Part shown: in pieces, positions 19,049 through 28,182 of the stretch
Layout: every line of letters begins with the position of its first letter
Numbering within the stretch: position 1 is the first letter of the stretch
Assembly (NCBI GenBank): GCA_938038825.1
Contig: CALHST010000150.1
Coordinates: forward strand, 1-33,616
DNA: 33,616 nucleotides
Source of the DNA: an uncultured Rhodobacteraceae bacterium
GTDB taxonomy: Bacteria > Pseudomonadota > Alphaproteobacteria > Rhodobacterales > Rhodobacteraceae
Reading direction: 5' to 3'
Notes under the pieces: model-generated
What the model was told of the DNA's origin: nothing
Seen by the model: only the letters and a program-made list of their open reading frames with translations
Databases searched by the model: none
Position numbers and translations under genes: made by a program

Positions 19049-19804
19049 TTGGAGATGGAGCGGCAGATTGATCTCTTTGCAAAACCCGGCTTTGACGAAG
19101 CCACACCAAAGCGCGTGCCATCCGGCAAAGTACCGTCATATATCGCGGATCATAGGGCACGATTACGCAATCGGTTTGAAGAAGGCGGCGCTCAAGCGAT
19201 GCCAGACTATGAGCTGCTGGAACTCGTCCTTTTTCGCGCGATCCCTCGGCAAGATGTAAAACCACTCGCACGCAGATTGATGGATCAGTTTGGTGACTTC
19301 AATCGAGTACTCTCTGCTCCGATTGAGCGGCTTAAGGACGTTCACGGTGTCGGTAAGTCGGTCGTGTTGGAACTGAAGATTGTCGAGGCCGCAGCACAGC
19401 GCATGGCACGATCCAAAGTATTGAACAAACACGCCTTATCCAGTTGGGACGCACTGCTGGATTACTGTCACACGTCCATGGCCCATCTTCCAACCGAACA
19501 ATTCCGCGTGCTGTTTCTTGATCGTAAAAACTTCCTGATCGCGGATGAAGAACAAGCCAAAGGCACGGTTGATCATGTGCCTGTCTATCCACGAGAGGTC
19601 GCCAAGCGCGCATTGGAACTAAACGCGTCTGCCATCATTTTGGTGCACAATCATCCATCCGGGGATGCGACGCCGTCTCAGGCGGATATCGACATGACGG
19701 CGCAGATTGAACAGGCCTGCATCGCACTTGGCATTACATTGCACGATCACTTGGTTATTGGAAAATCACAAGAAGTCAGTTTTCGTGCGCATGGTCTGCT
19801 TTAA
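19049..19804 (+). CDS. radC: RadC / JAB-domain protein
   Basis: HRARLRNRF, YELLELVLF, HhH region, EQFRVLFLD, GTVDHVPVYPREV, HNHPSGDATPSQAD, HDHLVIG. Start at TTG 19049 or ATG 19055. Confidence 0.95.
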   Translation: MEMERQIDLFAKPGFDEATPKRVPSGKVPSYIADHRARLRNRFEEGGAQAMPDYELLELVLFRAIPRQDVKPLARRLMDQFGDFNRVLSAPIERLKDVHGVGKSVVLELKIVEAAAQRMARSKVLNKHALSSWDALLDYCHTSMAHLPTEQFRVLFLDRKNFLIADEEQAKGTVDHVPVYPREVAKRALELNASAIILVHNHPSGDATPSQADIDMTAQIEQACIALGITLHDHLVIGKSQEVSFRAHGLL

Positions 19805-21360
19805 CGCAACCAAACCTCGACCCGGCGATTGGTTTGCCGCCCCCAGGAACTGTCATCACAAGCCATCGGCATTGCCTCGCCAAACGAATCCACAGTCAAC
19901 GTCACCCGTTCCAGATCTGCTGTTTCTGCCGCTGAAACAACCGCACGTCGGACGGCTTCTGCGCGACGCAGCGCAATCTTCTGGTTTGCCTCTGCAGCAC
20001 CATCGCCGTCACTAAATCCGGCAAACAACAACTGCCGCGCGTCATATTGGCCGCGCTCTAAAGCACGGGCCAGTTGCTGTGCATTTGAACGGGACTGCGC
20101 GTCAAGTCGGACCGAGCCTGCCTCGAACCGGAAGGAGGTTGTCAAACGACGCATCGGTGCAAACGTATTGATCATACGCTGCAAGTCTTCCAACTGAATT
20201 TCAGAGCCCGCCGACACTATAGCGTTCGCGAATCGCTGTCCTTGAGCATCAATGACAATTTCCTCAGGAGTTTGGTCCACGAACCCGGCCCGCCTGATGA
20301 CCTGCTGCGCGGCCGGGGTTCTGAGAAACCGCAAGAATTCTTGCCCAATTTTCGGCAATCGCCGCGCGGGCAGATAAAGAAACATGGGAGATGTTAGAGG
20401 ATAGTCTTCGGTTTTGATGTTGCGCCGATTGGCATTCAAATCGAAGCCACACGCGCTGGTTAGTGCCAGCACCTGCGTATTTCCGGTTTCCGCATAACTC
20501 GCAATTCCAAGCGCAAAGGGGTCCGCTTCGATGGCACCTGCAAGATCCAAGGAAATGCGGTGAAAGGTGACATTTTCCGCCATATCGAGCTCGGCAGGGG
20601 TTAACAGGCGATCTTCGACGGATTGCCCAAGCCCTGTCCGCTTGTCCGGAAGATGCAGCGCAATCGGCGCATCCGGTCCACCCAAAGCCGACCAGTTTGT
20701 AATGCGGCCAGCGAAGGCAAGTGCCAAATCCTGTGGGCTGATTGAACGAACCGGGTTTCCAGGCGCGACAATCGGGACAATCGCATCCAGCGCTATAACT
20801 CGGCTGCGATTTGGGCCAGAAAGATCGCCCATACCCGCTTCTCTTGCGAGATCCCTTTCTTCTTTGCGGATTTCCCGCATGGACAGAACGATGTCTGCCT
20901 CGTTTGCCAGCAAGTCCGCAAAGCCTTCATCTGTCGTTGATGGCGAAAAAGAAAAAACTGCTAAAGGTTTGCCGTCCGTACTTTGCAGCAGCTCCACATC
21001 AAATCCGAAATCGCCCAGCCGGTCGCTTCGCAGACCATACCCATTGCGATTGGCAAAAGCTTCCAGAAGCGCAGGCATCATAACGTCGCCCATGGCAGCA
21101 GCGCCGGACAGTCGTAGTTCCGCAACAAAATCAATAAGATCCGGGCAACCAGGCCCATCACATGTTACACCCGAACCATCAACTGTCAGCTCGCCATAAA
21201 TAGTTTCAACACGATAGAATTCGCCGTCAAATCCCAGCAAGTTGCCAGCAATTGTTACCCCACCATCGCGTGAGGTCAGCGTAACGTCCTGAGATGTCGC
21301 GCTGGTGGCCAGACCACCAACGAGTAGTGCGGCGAAAACCGCCGCACAGTGCTTTTTCAT
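19801..21360 (-). CDS. Secreted PstS-like substrate-binding domain fused to an OmpA peptidoglycan-binding domain
   Basis: Signal peptide, small N-terminal beta domain, PBP motifs ALDAIVPIV, FAGRITNWSALGG, YPLTSPMFLY, then OmpA motifs GFSDGDG, NQKIALRRAEAV, NRRVEV. Confidence 0.85.
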   Translation of the reverse strand: MKKHCAAVFAALLVGGLATSATSQDVTLTSRDGGVTIAGNLLGFDGEFYRVETIYGELTVDGSGVTCDGPGCPDLIDFVAELRLSGAAAMGDVMMPALLEAFANRNGYGLRSDRLGDFGFDVELLQSTDGKPLAVFSFSPSTTDEGFADLLANEADIVLSMREIRKEERDLAREAGMGDLSGPNRSRVIALDAIVPIVAPGNPVRSISPQDLALAFAGRITNWSALGGPDAPIALHLPDKRTGLGQSVEDRLLTPAELDMAENVTFHRISLDLAGAIEADPFALGIASYAETGNTQVLALTSACGFDLNANRRNIKTEDYPLTSPMFLYLPARRLPKIGQEFLRFLRTPAAQQVIRRAGFVDQTPEEIVIDAQGQRFANAIVSAGSEIQLEDLQRMINTFAPMRRLTTSFRFEAGSVRLDAQSRSNAQQLARALERGQYDARQLLFAGFSDGDGAAEANQKIALRRAEAVRRAVVSAAETADLERVTLTVDSFGEAMPMACDDSSWGRQTNRRVEVWLR

Positions 21361-21379
21361 GTGAGCCCCCGTCGCGTCG

Positions 21380-22408
21380 TTACTTAGTCGCGACTTTCAG
21401 GTCTTCGAAGACATTATTCAACACAAGATACTCACCAATCGAGTCGCAAGTGGGTATTTCCAGCGTTAAGTTCTGCGTTCGTAGTTCGGAAACTCCATCC
21501 CATTCCAACGTCTGAGCTTCGACTGAAGAACCACAATTGTCTTGATTTATGACCGCTTCGACACTCAGATCAATCTGGCCAAGACTGTCAGAAAACCGTG
21601 TAGGTACGCTGTAGACTTGAGCCAAATGAGGTGCTTTGGCTGACCGGTGCCCCAAGGATGTGAGCACACCGCCTTCACCGTTGGCCGTGCCAGATAATGA
21701 CGCGTTTGCACCGTGCCACACATGTCCATTTTCGCTGTTTTCAGCGTCGAATTCACGTGCATGCAGTTCGAATCCTGCGCGTCCACGCCATTGAAGAACA
21801 ACGCGCTTATAATCTTCAATGTCATCCACCATGGTGGTTGCCAGCGTCCCTTTGCCATCTTGGAACGCAAAGATAAACAAAGCGGTCTTAGACAAAGCAG
21901 GGACTGTCACTGACATTGAACCGTCAGAGCCTGTATCCCCGGTAAACAGCATACCATTGTGATGTACCGTCACCTGTTCATTCGGGCGACAGTTCGCATG
22001 CAAGTCCAACTGAACGAATGCAGCCTCGCGTGGCAAAGCTTCGGCGCGGATTTTACATTCCGCGCTTTTTGCAATCACCTCTGCAAGATCCGGCCCCGTG
22101 GCAGATACCGACAATGTCTTAGCGACAGTCGAGACCGGATTCATACTCACAACTCCCGCCGCAACTGCAACCGGTTGAGTGCTGGCCGGTAAGGCAGATG
22201 TTAACGTGATGTCATGAACATCCATAAGGTCTTCGTAGAGGGAGCCCATGTCCTCGTTTATTGGGCCTTCTGTGGGTTTCAGCAGATTCTTTTGTGCTGA
22301 TATTCCATAGCGTTGCGATGCAGTATCTGTGCTCTGCATTGCAAACCCTATACATAGTGCGCAGACCAGCGTTCCCACCGCTGTGCCTACCTCCTTGGCT
22401 CGTGACAT
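21380..22408 (-). CDS. Uncharacterised membrane-anchored or secreted Cys-containing protein
   Basis: Long ORF with an N-terminal hydrophobic segment. SD GGGAG precedes ATG 22408 (track start 22435). 19-bp gap to the PBP-OmpA gene. Confidence 0.75.
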   Translation of the reverse strand: MSRAKEVGTAVGTLVCALCIGFAMQSTDTASQRYGISAQKNLLKPTEGPINEDMGSLYEDLMDVHDITLTSALPASTQPVAVAAGVVSMNPVSTVAKTLSVSATGPDLAEVIAKSAECKIRAEALPREAAFVQLDLHANCRPNEQVTVHHNGMLFTGDTGSDGSMSVTVPALSKTALFIFAFQDGKGTLATTMVDDIEDYKRVVLQWRGRAGFELHAREFDAENSENGHVWHGANASLSGTANGEGGVLTSLGHRSAKAPHLAQVYSVPTRFSDSLGQIDLSVEAVINQDNCGSSVEAQTLEWDGVSELRTQNLTLEIPTCDSIGEYLVLNNVFEDLKVATK

Positions 22409-22437
22409 ACCGCCACTCCCATTTTTCCGTGCCATCC

Positions 22438-22453
22438 GTTAACTATTTGTTCA
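22438..22453 (-). promoter_or_regulatory. CtrA-like box
   Basis: Minus strand TGAA-CAAATAG-TTAAC (one mismatch), 30 bp upstream of ATG 22408. Confidence 0.4.
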
Positions 22454-22514
22454 TAAGAACAGGGCGCAACTATGACAGGCAATGGGTGTGAATGAGGCGG
22501 CGGTGTGACGTGCC

Positions 22515-25220
22515 TTAGCCGAGCCGCCCGTGGCAATGTTTGAACTTCTTACCAGAACCACAAGGACAGGCGTCGTTGCGCCCAGGGTTCCCCCAAGTTG
22601 ACGGATCCGCCTCGACAAAACCCGTTTCCGGATTTTCGGTTGGCGCTGCGGCTTCTTGGATTGGAGGTTCTGCAGCGGTGGCCACGCCACCCTGCTGCTG
22701 CGCAACCATTTGGGCCACCATTTGCTCTTGCTCTTCCTGAGACAAAGGCCGGATTTGCGCCAGTTTCTGAGTCACATCAGCACGCAAACTATCCAACATG
22801 GTTTCAAACAACTGAAACGACTCGTTCTTGTATTCGTTCAACGGATCACGCTGTGCATACCCACGGAAACCCACGACAGACCGTAGATGTTCCAAAGTGA
22901 CCAGGTGCTCTTGCCATTTAGTATCAATGGCTTGCAGCAAAAGTTGTTTTTCAATCTGTTGCATGTTGTCGACGCCAAATGCTTCGACCTTTTCATTCAA
23001 CATCTTGTCAGAGGCTTCGATAAGACGGCCACGGATCTGTTCGTCATCCACACCATCTTCTTCACACCAATCGATCACAGGCACATCAATGCCCATCTGT
23101 TCGATCACAGCAGCGTAAAGCCCTTGGGTGTCCCACTGCTCAGCATAGGCACCTTCGGGCATATACGTGTCCAACAAATCGTCCACCACCTCGTCACGCA
23201 TATCAATTGTGATTTCGTGCACATCCTCGGACTCCATGATGTCCCGACGCTGCCCAAAGATGACTTTACGCTGGTCGTTCATCACATCATCGAACTTCAA
23301 AAGATGCTTTCGGATGTCGAAATTGCGGCCTTCTACCTTGGCCTGAGCCCGTTCCAGCGACTTGTTCACCCACGGATGAATGATCGCTTCGCCTTCTTTC
23401 AACCCTAATGTCTTAAGAACTTTGTCCAAACGTTCAGATCCAAAGATTCGCATCAGATCATCTTCGAGACTCAGGAAGAAAGAAGAACGGCCCGGATCAC
23501 CTTGGCGACCGGAACGGCCACGCAATTGGTTGTCGATCCGACGGCTTTCATGCCGTTCAGACGCCAAAACGAACAATCCGCCAGCATCGATGACCTTTTT
23601 CTTTTCGTCATCATGTTCAGCTTGGATTCGGGCCCGGGTTGTTTCGGGATCCGCATCCGGATCAGCGGTCAGCGCTTCCAACACTTTCATTTCGACGTTT
23701 CCGCCCAACTGAATGTCGGTCCCACGACCAGCCATATTGGTCGCGATGGTCACTGCGCCCAGTTTACCAGCATCAGCAACAATCTGCGCTTCTTGTTCGT
23801 GTTGACGCGCATTCAGAACATTATGGGGGATATTCAATTCGGTCAGCAGGTTGCTGAACATTTCAGACTTCTCGATAGAAGTCGTCCCCACAAGAACGGG
23901 TTGTCCTTGTTCGTTGGCGATTTTGATCTCTTCGATCATCGCCGTGTATTTTTCTTGTTGCGAGCTGTAGACTTTATCGTCTTCATCAAGCCGCGCGACA
24001 CCACGGTTGGTTGGAACTTCCACAACGCCCAAACCATAGATTTGCATAAATTCTTCGGCTTCTGTGACAGCGGTGCCAGTCATGCCAGCCAGTTTGTCAT
24101 ATAAACGGAAGTAGTTTTGGAACGTCACCGATGCCAACGTGGTGTTTTCGGGCTGAATGGCGACATCTTCTTTGGCTTCAATCGCCTGATGCAATCCATC
24201 TGACAAACGACGGCCCTGCATCATACGTCCCGTGAATTCATCAATCAGGACAATCTGACCATTCGCTACGACATAGTCTTTGTCCTTGTTGAACAACTTG
24301 TGCGCGCGCAACCCATTGTTGATGTGGTGCACAACGGTCGAGCTTTCCGGATCGTACAGCGATTGTCCTTCTTCCAAGAACCCCTTGCGCTGCAAAAGCT
24401 GTTCGACAAATTCGTTGCCGTCTTCTGTAAAGTTCACCTGGCGGGTTTTTTCGTCAATTGTGTAATGCTCTTCCGTGAGCTCGGGAATAACCCCGTCAAT
24501 CGACTTATACATGTCAGAACGGTCTTCAGCCGGACCCGAGATAATGAGCGGAGTCCGCGCTTCGTCGATCAGAATCGAGTCAACTTCATCGACAATCGCG
24601 AAATTGTGATGCTTCTGGAAGATCTGATTGAGCTCAGATTTCATGTTGTCGCGCAGATAATCAAATCCCAACTCGTTGTTGGTCGCGTATGTGATATCGC
24701 TGGAATAGGCGGCAATCTTGGAGTCGTTATCCATATTTGTGGCGGCCACACCAGTTGTCATGCCCAACGCGCCAAAAACTTTGCCCATCCATTCAGAGTC
24801 ACGTTTGGCAAGGTATTCGTTGACCGTCACAACGTGCACACCCCGGCCCGTCAGCGCGTTCAAATACGCCGGGAACGTCGCCACAAGGGTTTTCCCCTCA
24901 CCCGTCTTCATCTCTGAAATATTGCCCTGATGCAGGAAAATTCCGCCCATAAGCTGCACATCAAAGGCCCGCAAACCCAATGCCCGCTTGGCGGCTTCCC
25001 GACAATTGGCAAAGGCTTCTGGCAACAAATCGTCCAGACTTTCGCCAGCCAACGCACGCTGGCGCAGTTCTTCTGTCTTTTCGATCAACCCGTCATCCGA
25101 AAGTTTTTCAAACTCCGGTTCCAGCGCATTGATCTTATCCACCAGTGGCCGAGTCGCTTTTACTTTGCGGTCATTGGGTGTGCCAAAAACCTTTTTAGCA
25201 AGTGTCGAAAACCCCAGCAT
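22515..25220 (-). CDS. secA: Preprotein translocase ATPase SecA
   Basis: [54 protein letters not shown] motif [20 protein letters not shown] precedes ATG 25220. Confidence 0.99.
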   Translation of the reverse strand: MLGFSTLAKKVFGTPNDRKVKATRPLVDKINALEPEFEKLSDDGLIEKTEELRQRALAGESLDDLLPEAFANCREAAKRALGLRAFDVQLMGGIFLHQGNISEMKTGEGKTLVATFPAYLNALTGRGVHVVTVNEYLAKRDSEWMGKVFGALGMTTGVAATNMDNDSKIAAYSSDITYATNNELGFDYLRDNMKSELNQIFQKHHNFAIVDEVDSILIDEARTPLIISGPAEDRSDMYKSIDGVIPELTEEHYTIDEKTRQVNFTEDGNEFVEQLLQRKGFLEEGQSLYDPESSTVVHHINNGLRAHKLFNKDKDYVVANGQIVLIDEFTGRMMQGRRLSDGLHQAIEAKEDVAIQPENTTLASVTFQNYFRLYDKLAGMTGTAVTEAEEFMQIYGLGVVEVPTNRGVARLDEDDKVYSSQQEKYTAMIEEIKIANEQGQPVLVGTTSIEKSEMFSNLLTELNIPHNVLNARQHEQEAQIVADAGKLGAVTIATNMAGRGTDIQLGGNVEMKVLEALTADPDADPETTRARIQAEHDDEKKKVIDAGGLFVLASERHESRRIDNQLRGRSGRQGDPGRSSFFLSLEDDLMRIFGSERLDKVLKTLGLKEGEAIIHPWVNKSLERAQAKVEGRNFDIRKHLLKFDDVMNDQRKVIFGQRRDIMESEDVHEITIDMRDEVVDDLLDTYMPEGAYAEQWDTQGLYAAVIEQMGIDVPVIDWCEEDGVDDEQIRGRLIEASDKMLNEKVEAFGVDNMQQIEKQLLLQAIDTKWQEHLVTLEHLRSVVGFRGYAQRDPLNEYKNESFQLFETMLDSLRADVTQKLAQIRPLSQEEQEQMVAQMVAQQQGGVATAAEPPIQEAAAPTENPETGFVEADPSTWGNPGRNDACPCGSGKKFKHCHGRLG

Positions 25221-25398
25221 GTGCTCTCCAGCCGATTGATACATCACGTGAACGATAGACCTGCTTGCCCGTCCCGCTCACAAACCATAAATATCGGAGT
25301 GAAGACGGCCCAGAACCTGCGCCCATAGGGCGATGTAAGGGTCCACATATACCGTGTCAACGCCGCCGCAATCTGTGGCCCGATCCAAGGACAAACTA

Positions 25399-26259
25399 AT
25401 GCAAAAACGCCTCATACCCGTCGCCGCCGCGCTGATGGCTCTTTCCATAGCCGGGCCATCGCGCGCGCAAACCAGTGATGGGCCCGATTTGGATCAGGTT
25501 GTCGCCACTGTTAATGGTGCAAAAATCACCTTGGGCCATGTCGCGGCAGCCAAGGCAACACTGCCCGAACAGTATCAGACATTGCCAACTGATGTTCTGT
25601 TTCCCGGAATTATTGACCAGCTTATTCAACAAACCGTTCTGCAACAAAGTTTCGAAGGGGAAGCCCCGGCGCGTGTCACGCTGGCCCTGGAAAACGAGTC
25701 GCGTTCGCTTTTTGCGGCCGAAGTTGTGGAATCCATACTGGCGGAAGCCGTGACAGAGGAGTTGATCGAAAAGGCTTACCAAGACAGCTATTCTGCGGGT
25801 GACCAAGGCGTCGAATATAGCGCCGCACATATTCTAGTCGAAACCGAAGAAGCCGCTTTGGAGGTGATCGAAGAAGTTAACGGCGGTGCAGATTTTGGGG
25901 CAGTGGCCCGTCAAAAATCGACAGGTCCTTCGGGTCCCCGCGGAGGAGATCTTGGTTGGTTTGGGCTTGGCCAAATGGTGCCAGCGTTCGAACAGGCCGT
26001 TGTAGCGATGGAGCCCGGACAGGTATCCGAGCCCGTCGAAACGCAATTTGGCTGGCACGTTATCAAGTTGAACGAAACGCGTGTCAAAGAAGCCCCGGCT
26101 TTGGAAGACGTTCGCGAGGAGCTGACCCGTCAAGTGCGTGACGCAGCAGTAACAGCAAAAATCGAAAGTTTGGTCGAGGCGGCGGATATCGATCGGGAAG
26201 GTGGCGCTGCCATGGACGCGTCGATTTTGAACGACATCGACCTGTCTCGTTCCGAATGA
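25399..26259 (+). CDS. Periplasmic parvulin-type peptidyl-prolyl isomerase
   Basis: Signal peptide, AAHILVETEE, GGDLGWF, MVPAFE, VETQFGWHVIKL. SD AAGGA precedes ATG 25399. Confidence 0.92.
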   Translation: MQKRLIPVAAALMALSIAGPSRAQTSDGPDLDQVVATVNGAKITLGHVAAAKATLPEQYQTLPTDVLFPGIIDQLIQQTVLQQSFEGEAPARVTLALENESRSLFAAEVVESILAEAVTEELIEKAYQDSYSAGDQGVEYSAAHILVETEEAALEVIEEVNGGADFGAVARQKSTGPSGPRGGDLGWFGLGQMVPAFEQAVVAMEPGQVSEPVETQFGWHVIKLNETRVKEAPALEDVREELTRQVRDAAVTAKIESLVEAADIDREGGAAMDASILNDIDLSRSE

Positions 26260-27482
26260 GCGCAGATCTGCCTGTATCACCGCTTGCGCCAAAAGCATTC
26301 CCGGACCTTCCCGTTATTGGGGGGGTCCGTTTTGCGACTGCGCAAGCCGGGGTGAAGTACAAAAATCGCGACGACGTAATGCTGGCGATCTTGGACGCGG
26401 GCACAACAATCGCCGGCGTATTCACAACGTCCAAAACGCGATCTGCCGCTGTTCTGGACTGCGAAGACAAGATCGGCGGCGGTTCCGACGACCCTGCGGC
26501 CATTCTGGTAAATTCTGGAAACGCCAACGCGTTCACCGGGAAATCCGGGTTCGAGTCCGTAAAGCGTTTGACCGGAACGGTTGCCGAGGCCACCGGCGCA
26601 CCACAGAACCGCGTTTTCACCTCCTCCACTGGAGTGATCGGCGAGGCATTGCCCGATGATCGGATCACTGCACAACTCGACGCGTTAGTGTCCGACATGT
26701 CCAACGCCGCACTACCAAAGGCAGCACGGGCAATTATGACCACGGACACCTTCCCAAAGGGTTCAAGCCAGGTGGTCAAAACTGCAAACGGTCCGGTAAC
26801 AATCGCGGGCATCGCCAAAGGCTCGGGTATGATCGCGCCAGACATGGCAACGATGCTGGTCTATATCTTCACGGATGCCATGGTCGAACAATCGGCGTTG
26901 CAATCCATGTTAGGATCACTGACCGACAAAACGTTTAATGCGATAACTGTGGATAGTGACACATCAACGTCTGATACCTTGCTTTTGGCCGCAACAGGCG
27001 CGTCAAAGGTGGACGTCACCCATGATCCTGCGTTTCGCGACGCACTACATACTGTGATGTTGGATCTAGCGCATCAAGTCGTGCGTGACGGTGAGGGTGC
27101 CACGAAATTCGTCGCAGTCACCGTGACCGGTGCATCGTCTGACGAAGATGCAAAGCTGCATGCCAAAGCCATTGCGAACTCCCCCCTGATCAAGACCGCC
27201 ATTGCCGGTGAGGATCCCAATTGGGGACGCGTTGTTATGGCCATTGGCAAGTCCGGCGGTGACGCAGACCGGGATCGCTTGTCGATTTGGTTCGGTGATA
27301 TTCTTGTGGCCGAGAACGGATGGGTCGCAAGCAGTTACTCCGAAGAACAAGGCGCCACATATATGAAGCAACAAGATCTCAAAATCCGCGTGGATTTGGG
27401 GCTTGGGGGTTGCGAAACCACAATGTGGACCTGCGATTTGACCCATGGATACATATCCATCAACGCAGATTATCGTTCATGA
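26256..27482 (+). CDS. argJ: Ornithine acetyltransferase ArgJ
   Basis: NSGNANAFTG, SSTGVIGE, IMTTDTFPK, AKGSGMIAPDMATML (autocleavage Thr), DGEGATK, INADYRS. Confidence 0.97.
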   Translation: MSADLPVSPLAPKAFPDLPVIGGVRFATAQAGVKYKNRDDVMLAILDAGTTIAGVFTTSKTRSAAVLDCEDKIGGGSDDPAAILVNSGNANAFTGKSGFESVKRLTGTVAEATGAPQNRVFTSSTGVIGEALPDDRITAQLDALVSDMSNAALPKAARAIMTTDTFPKGSSQVVKTANGPVTIAGIAKGSGMIAPDMATMLVYIFTDAMVEQSALQSMLGSLTDKTFNAITVDSDTSTSDTLLLAATGASKVDVTHDPAFRDALHTVMLDLAHQVVRDGEGATKFVAVTVTGASSDEDAKLHAKAIANSPLIKTAIAGEDPNWGRVVMAIGKSGGDADRDRLSIWFGDILVAENGWVASSYSEEQGATYMKQQDLKIRVDLGLGGCETTMWTCDLTHGYISINADYRS

Positions 27483-27883
27483 CAACCAAGGTTCTGTTAG
27501 TGTCAGCCGTCGCGTTGATCGACGTTGACGGACGCGTTTTGTTGGCCCAGCGCCCCGAGGGCAAAAATATGGCAGGTCTTTGGGAGTTTCCCGGAGGAAA
27601 AATTGAACCCGGCGAAACCCCAGAAGCAGCTCTGATCCGCGAACTGGGAGAGGAACTGGGGATCGACACATGGGAAAGCTGTCTGGCACCGTTAACCTTT
27701 GCAAGCCACAGCTACGATGATTTTCACTTGTTGATGCCTTTATTTGCATGCCGAAAGTGGAAAGGCACACCAAATGCGCAAGAAGGTCAAACACTTGCGT
27801 GGGTTCGCCCGAATGCACTGCGAGACTACCCCATGCCACCTGCGGACTTACCATTAATTCCAATTATTCGAGATTGGTTGTAA
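27479..27883 (+). CDS. mutT: 8-oxo-dGTP diphosphatase (Nudix)
   Basis: WEFPGGKIEPGETPEAALIRELGEELG Nudix box, MPPAD. ATGA overlap with argJ. Confidence 0.92.
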   Translation: MTTKVLLVSAVALIDVDGRVLLAQRPEGKNMAGLWEFPGGKIEPGETPEAALIRELGEELGIDTWESCLAPLTFASHSYDDFHLLMPLFACRKWKGTPNAQEGQTLAWVRPNALRDYPMPPADLPLIPIIRDWL

Positions 27884-27983
27884 TTAAATTGCGAACAGTG
27901 ATTGCCAATCTTCTTTTTTTGTTTAAAAATCGGACACACTCAAAAAACAAAAACAGCGATGATACATCATCGGGGAAAACAAA

Positions 27984-28118
27984 ATGCTACGTACAATCAC
28001 AATTGGCAGTACGGTATCAGTTCAGGGGACGTTTGTTAAAACCCTTCCAGATGGTCGGATAAGCGTCCGTGTCGGAACCTCGGTCTATTCAGGGCTTCCG
28101 GTAAGTCAGGCGGCATAA
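27984..28118 (+). CDS. Small 44-aa hypothetical protein (not in the ORF track)
   Basis: MLRTITIGSTVSVQGTFVKTLPDGRISVRVGTSVYSGLPVSQAA*. SD-like GGGGA upstream; the stop is followed at once by a terminator. Confidence 0.65.
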   Translation: MLRTITIGSTVSVQGTFVKTLPDGRISVRVGTSVYSGLPVSQAA

Positions 28119-28121
28119 GTC

Positions 28122-28156
28122 AAAAAAGGCAGCGTTTCCGCTGCCTTTTCTTTTTG
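28122..28156. terminator. Bidirectional intrinsic terminator
   Basis: AAAAAAGGCAGCG-TTTC-CGCTGCCTTTTCTTTTT between the small ORF (+) and infB (-). Confidence 0.88.
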
Positions 28157-28182
28157 ATAGTTCAAGATTTTCTAGACGACGA

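Noticed and set aside
19049-19804. radC as a marker of a mobile element
   Set aside because: It is the full-length HhH + JAB chromosomal type among core genes, with no integrase, transposase or flanking repeats.
27748-28062. 104-aa track ORF overlapping mutT
   Set aside because: Overlaps mutT out of frame and runs through AT-rich spacer; the 27984..28118 ORF explains the region better.
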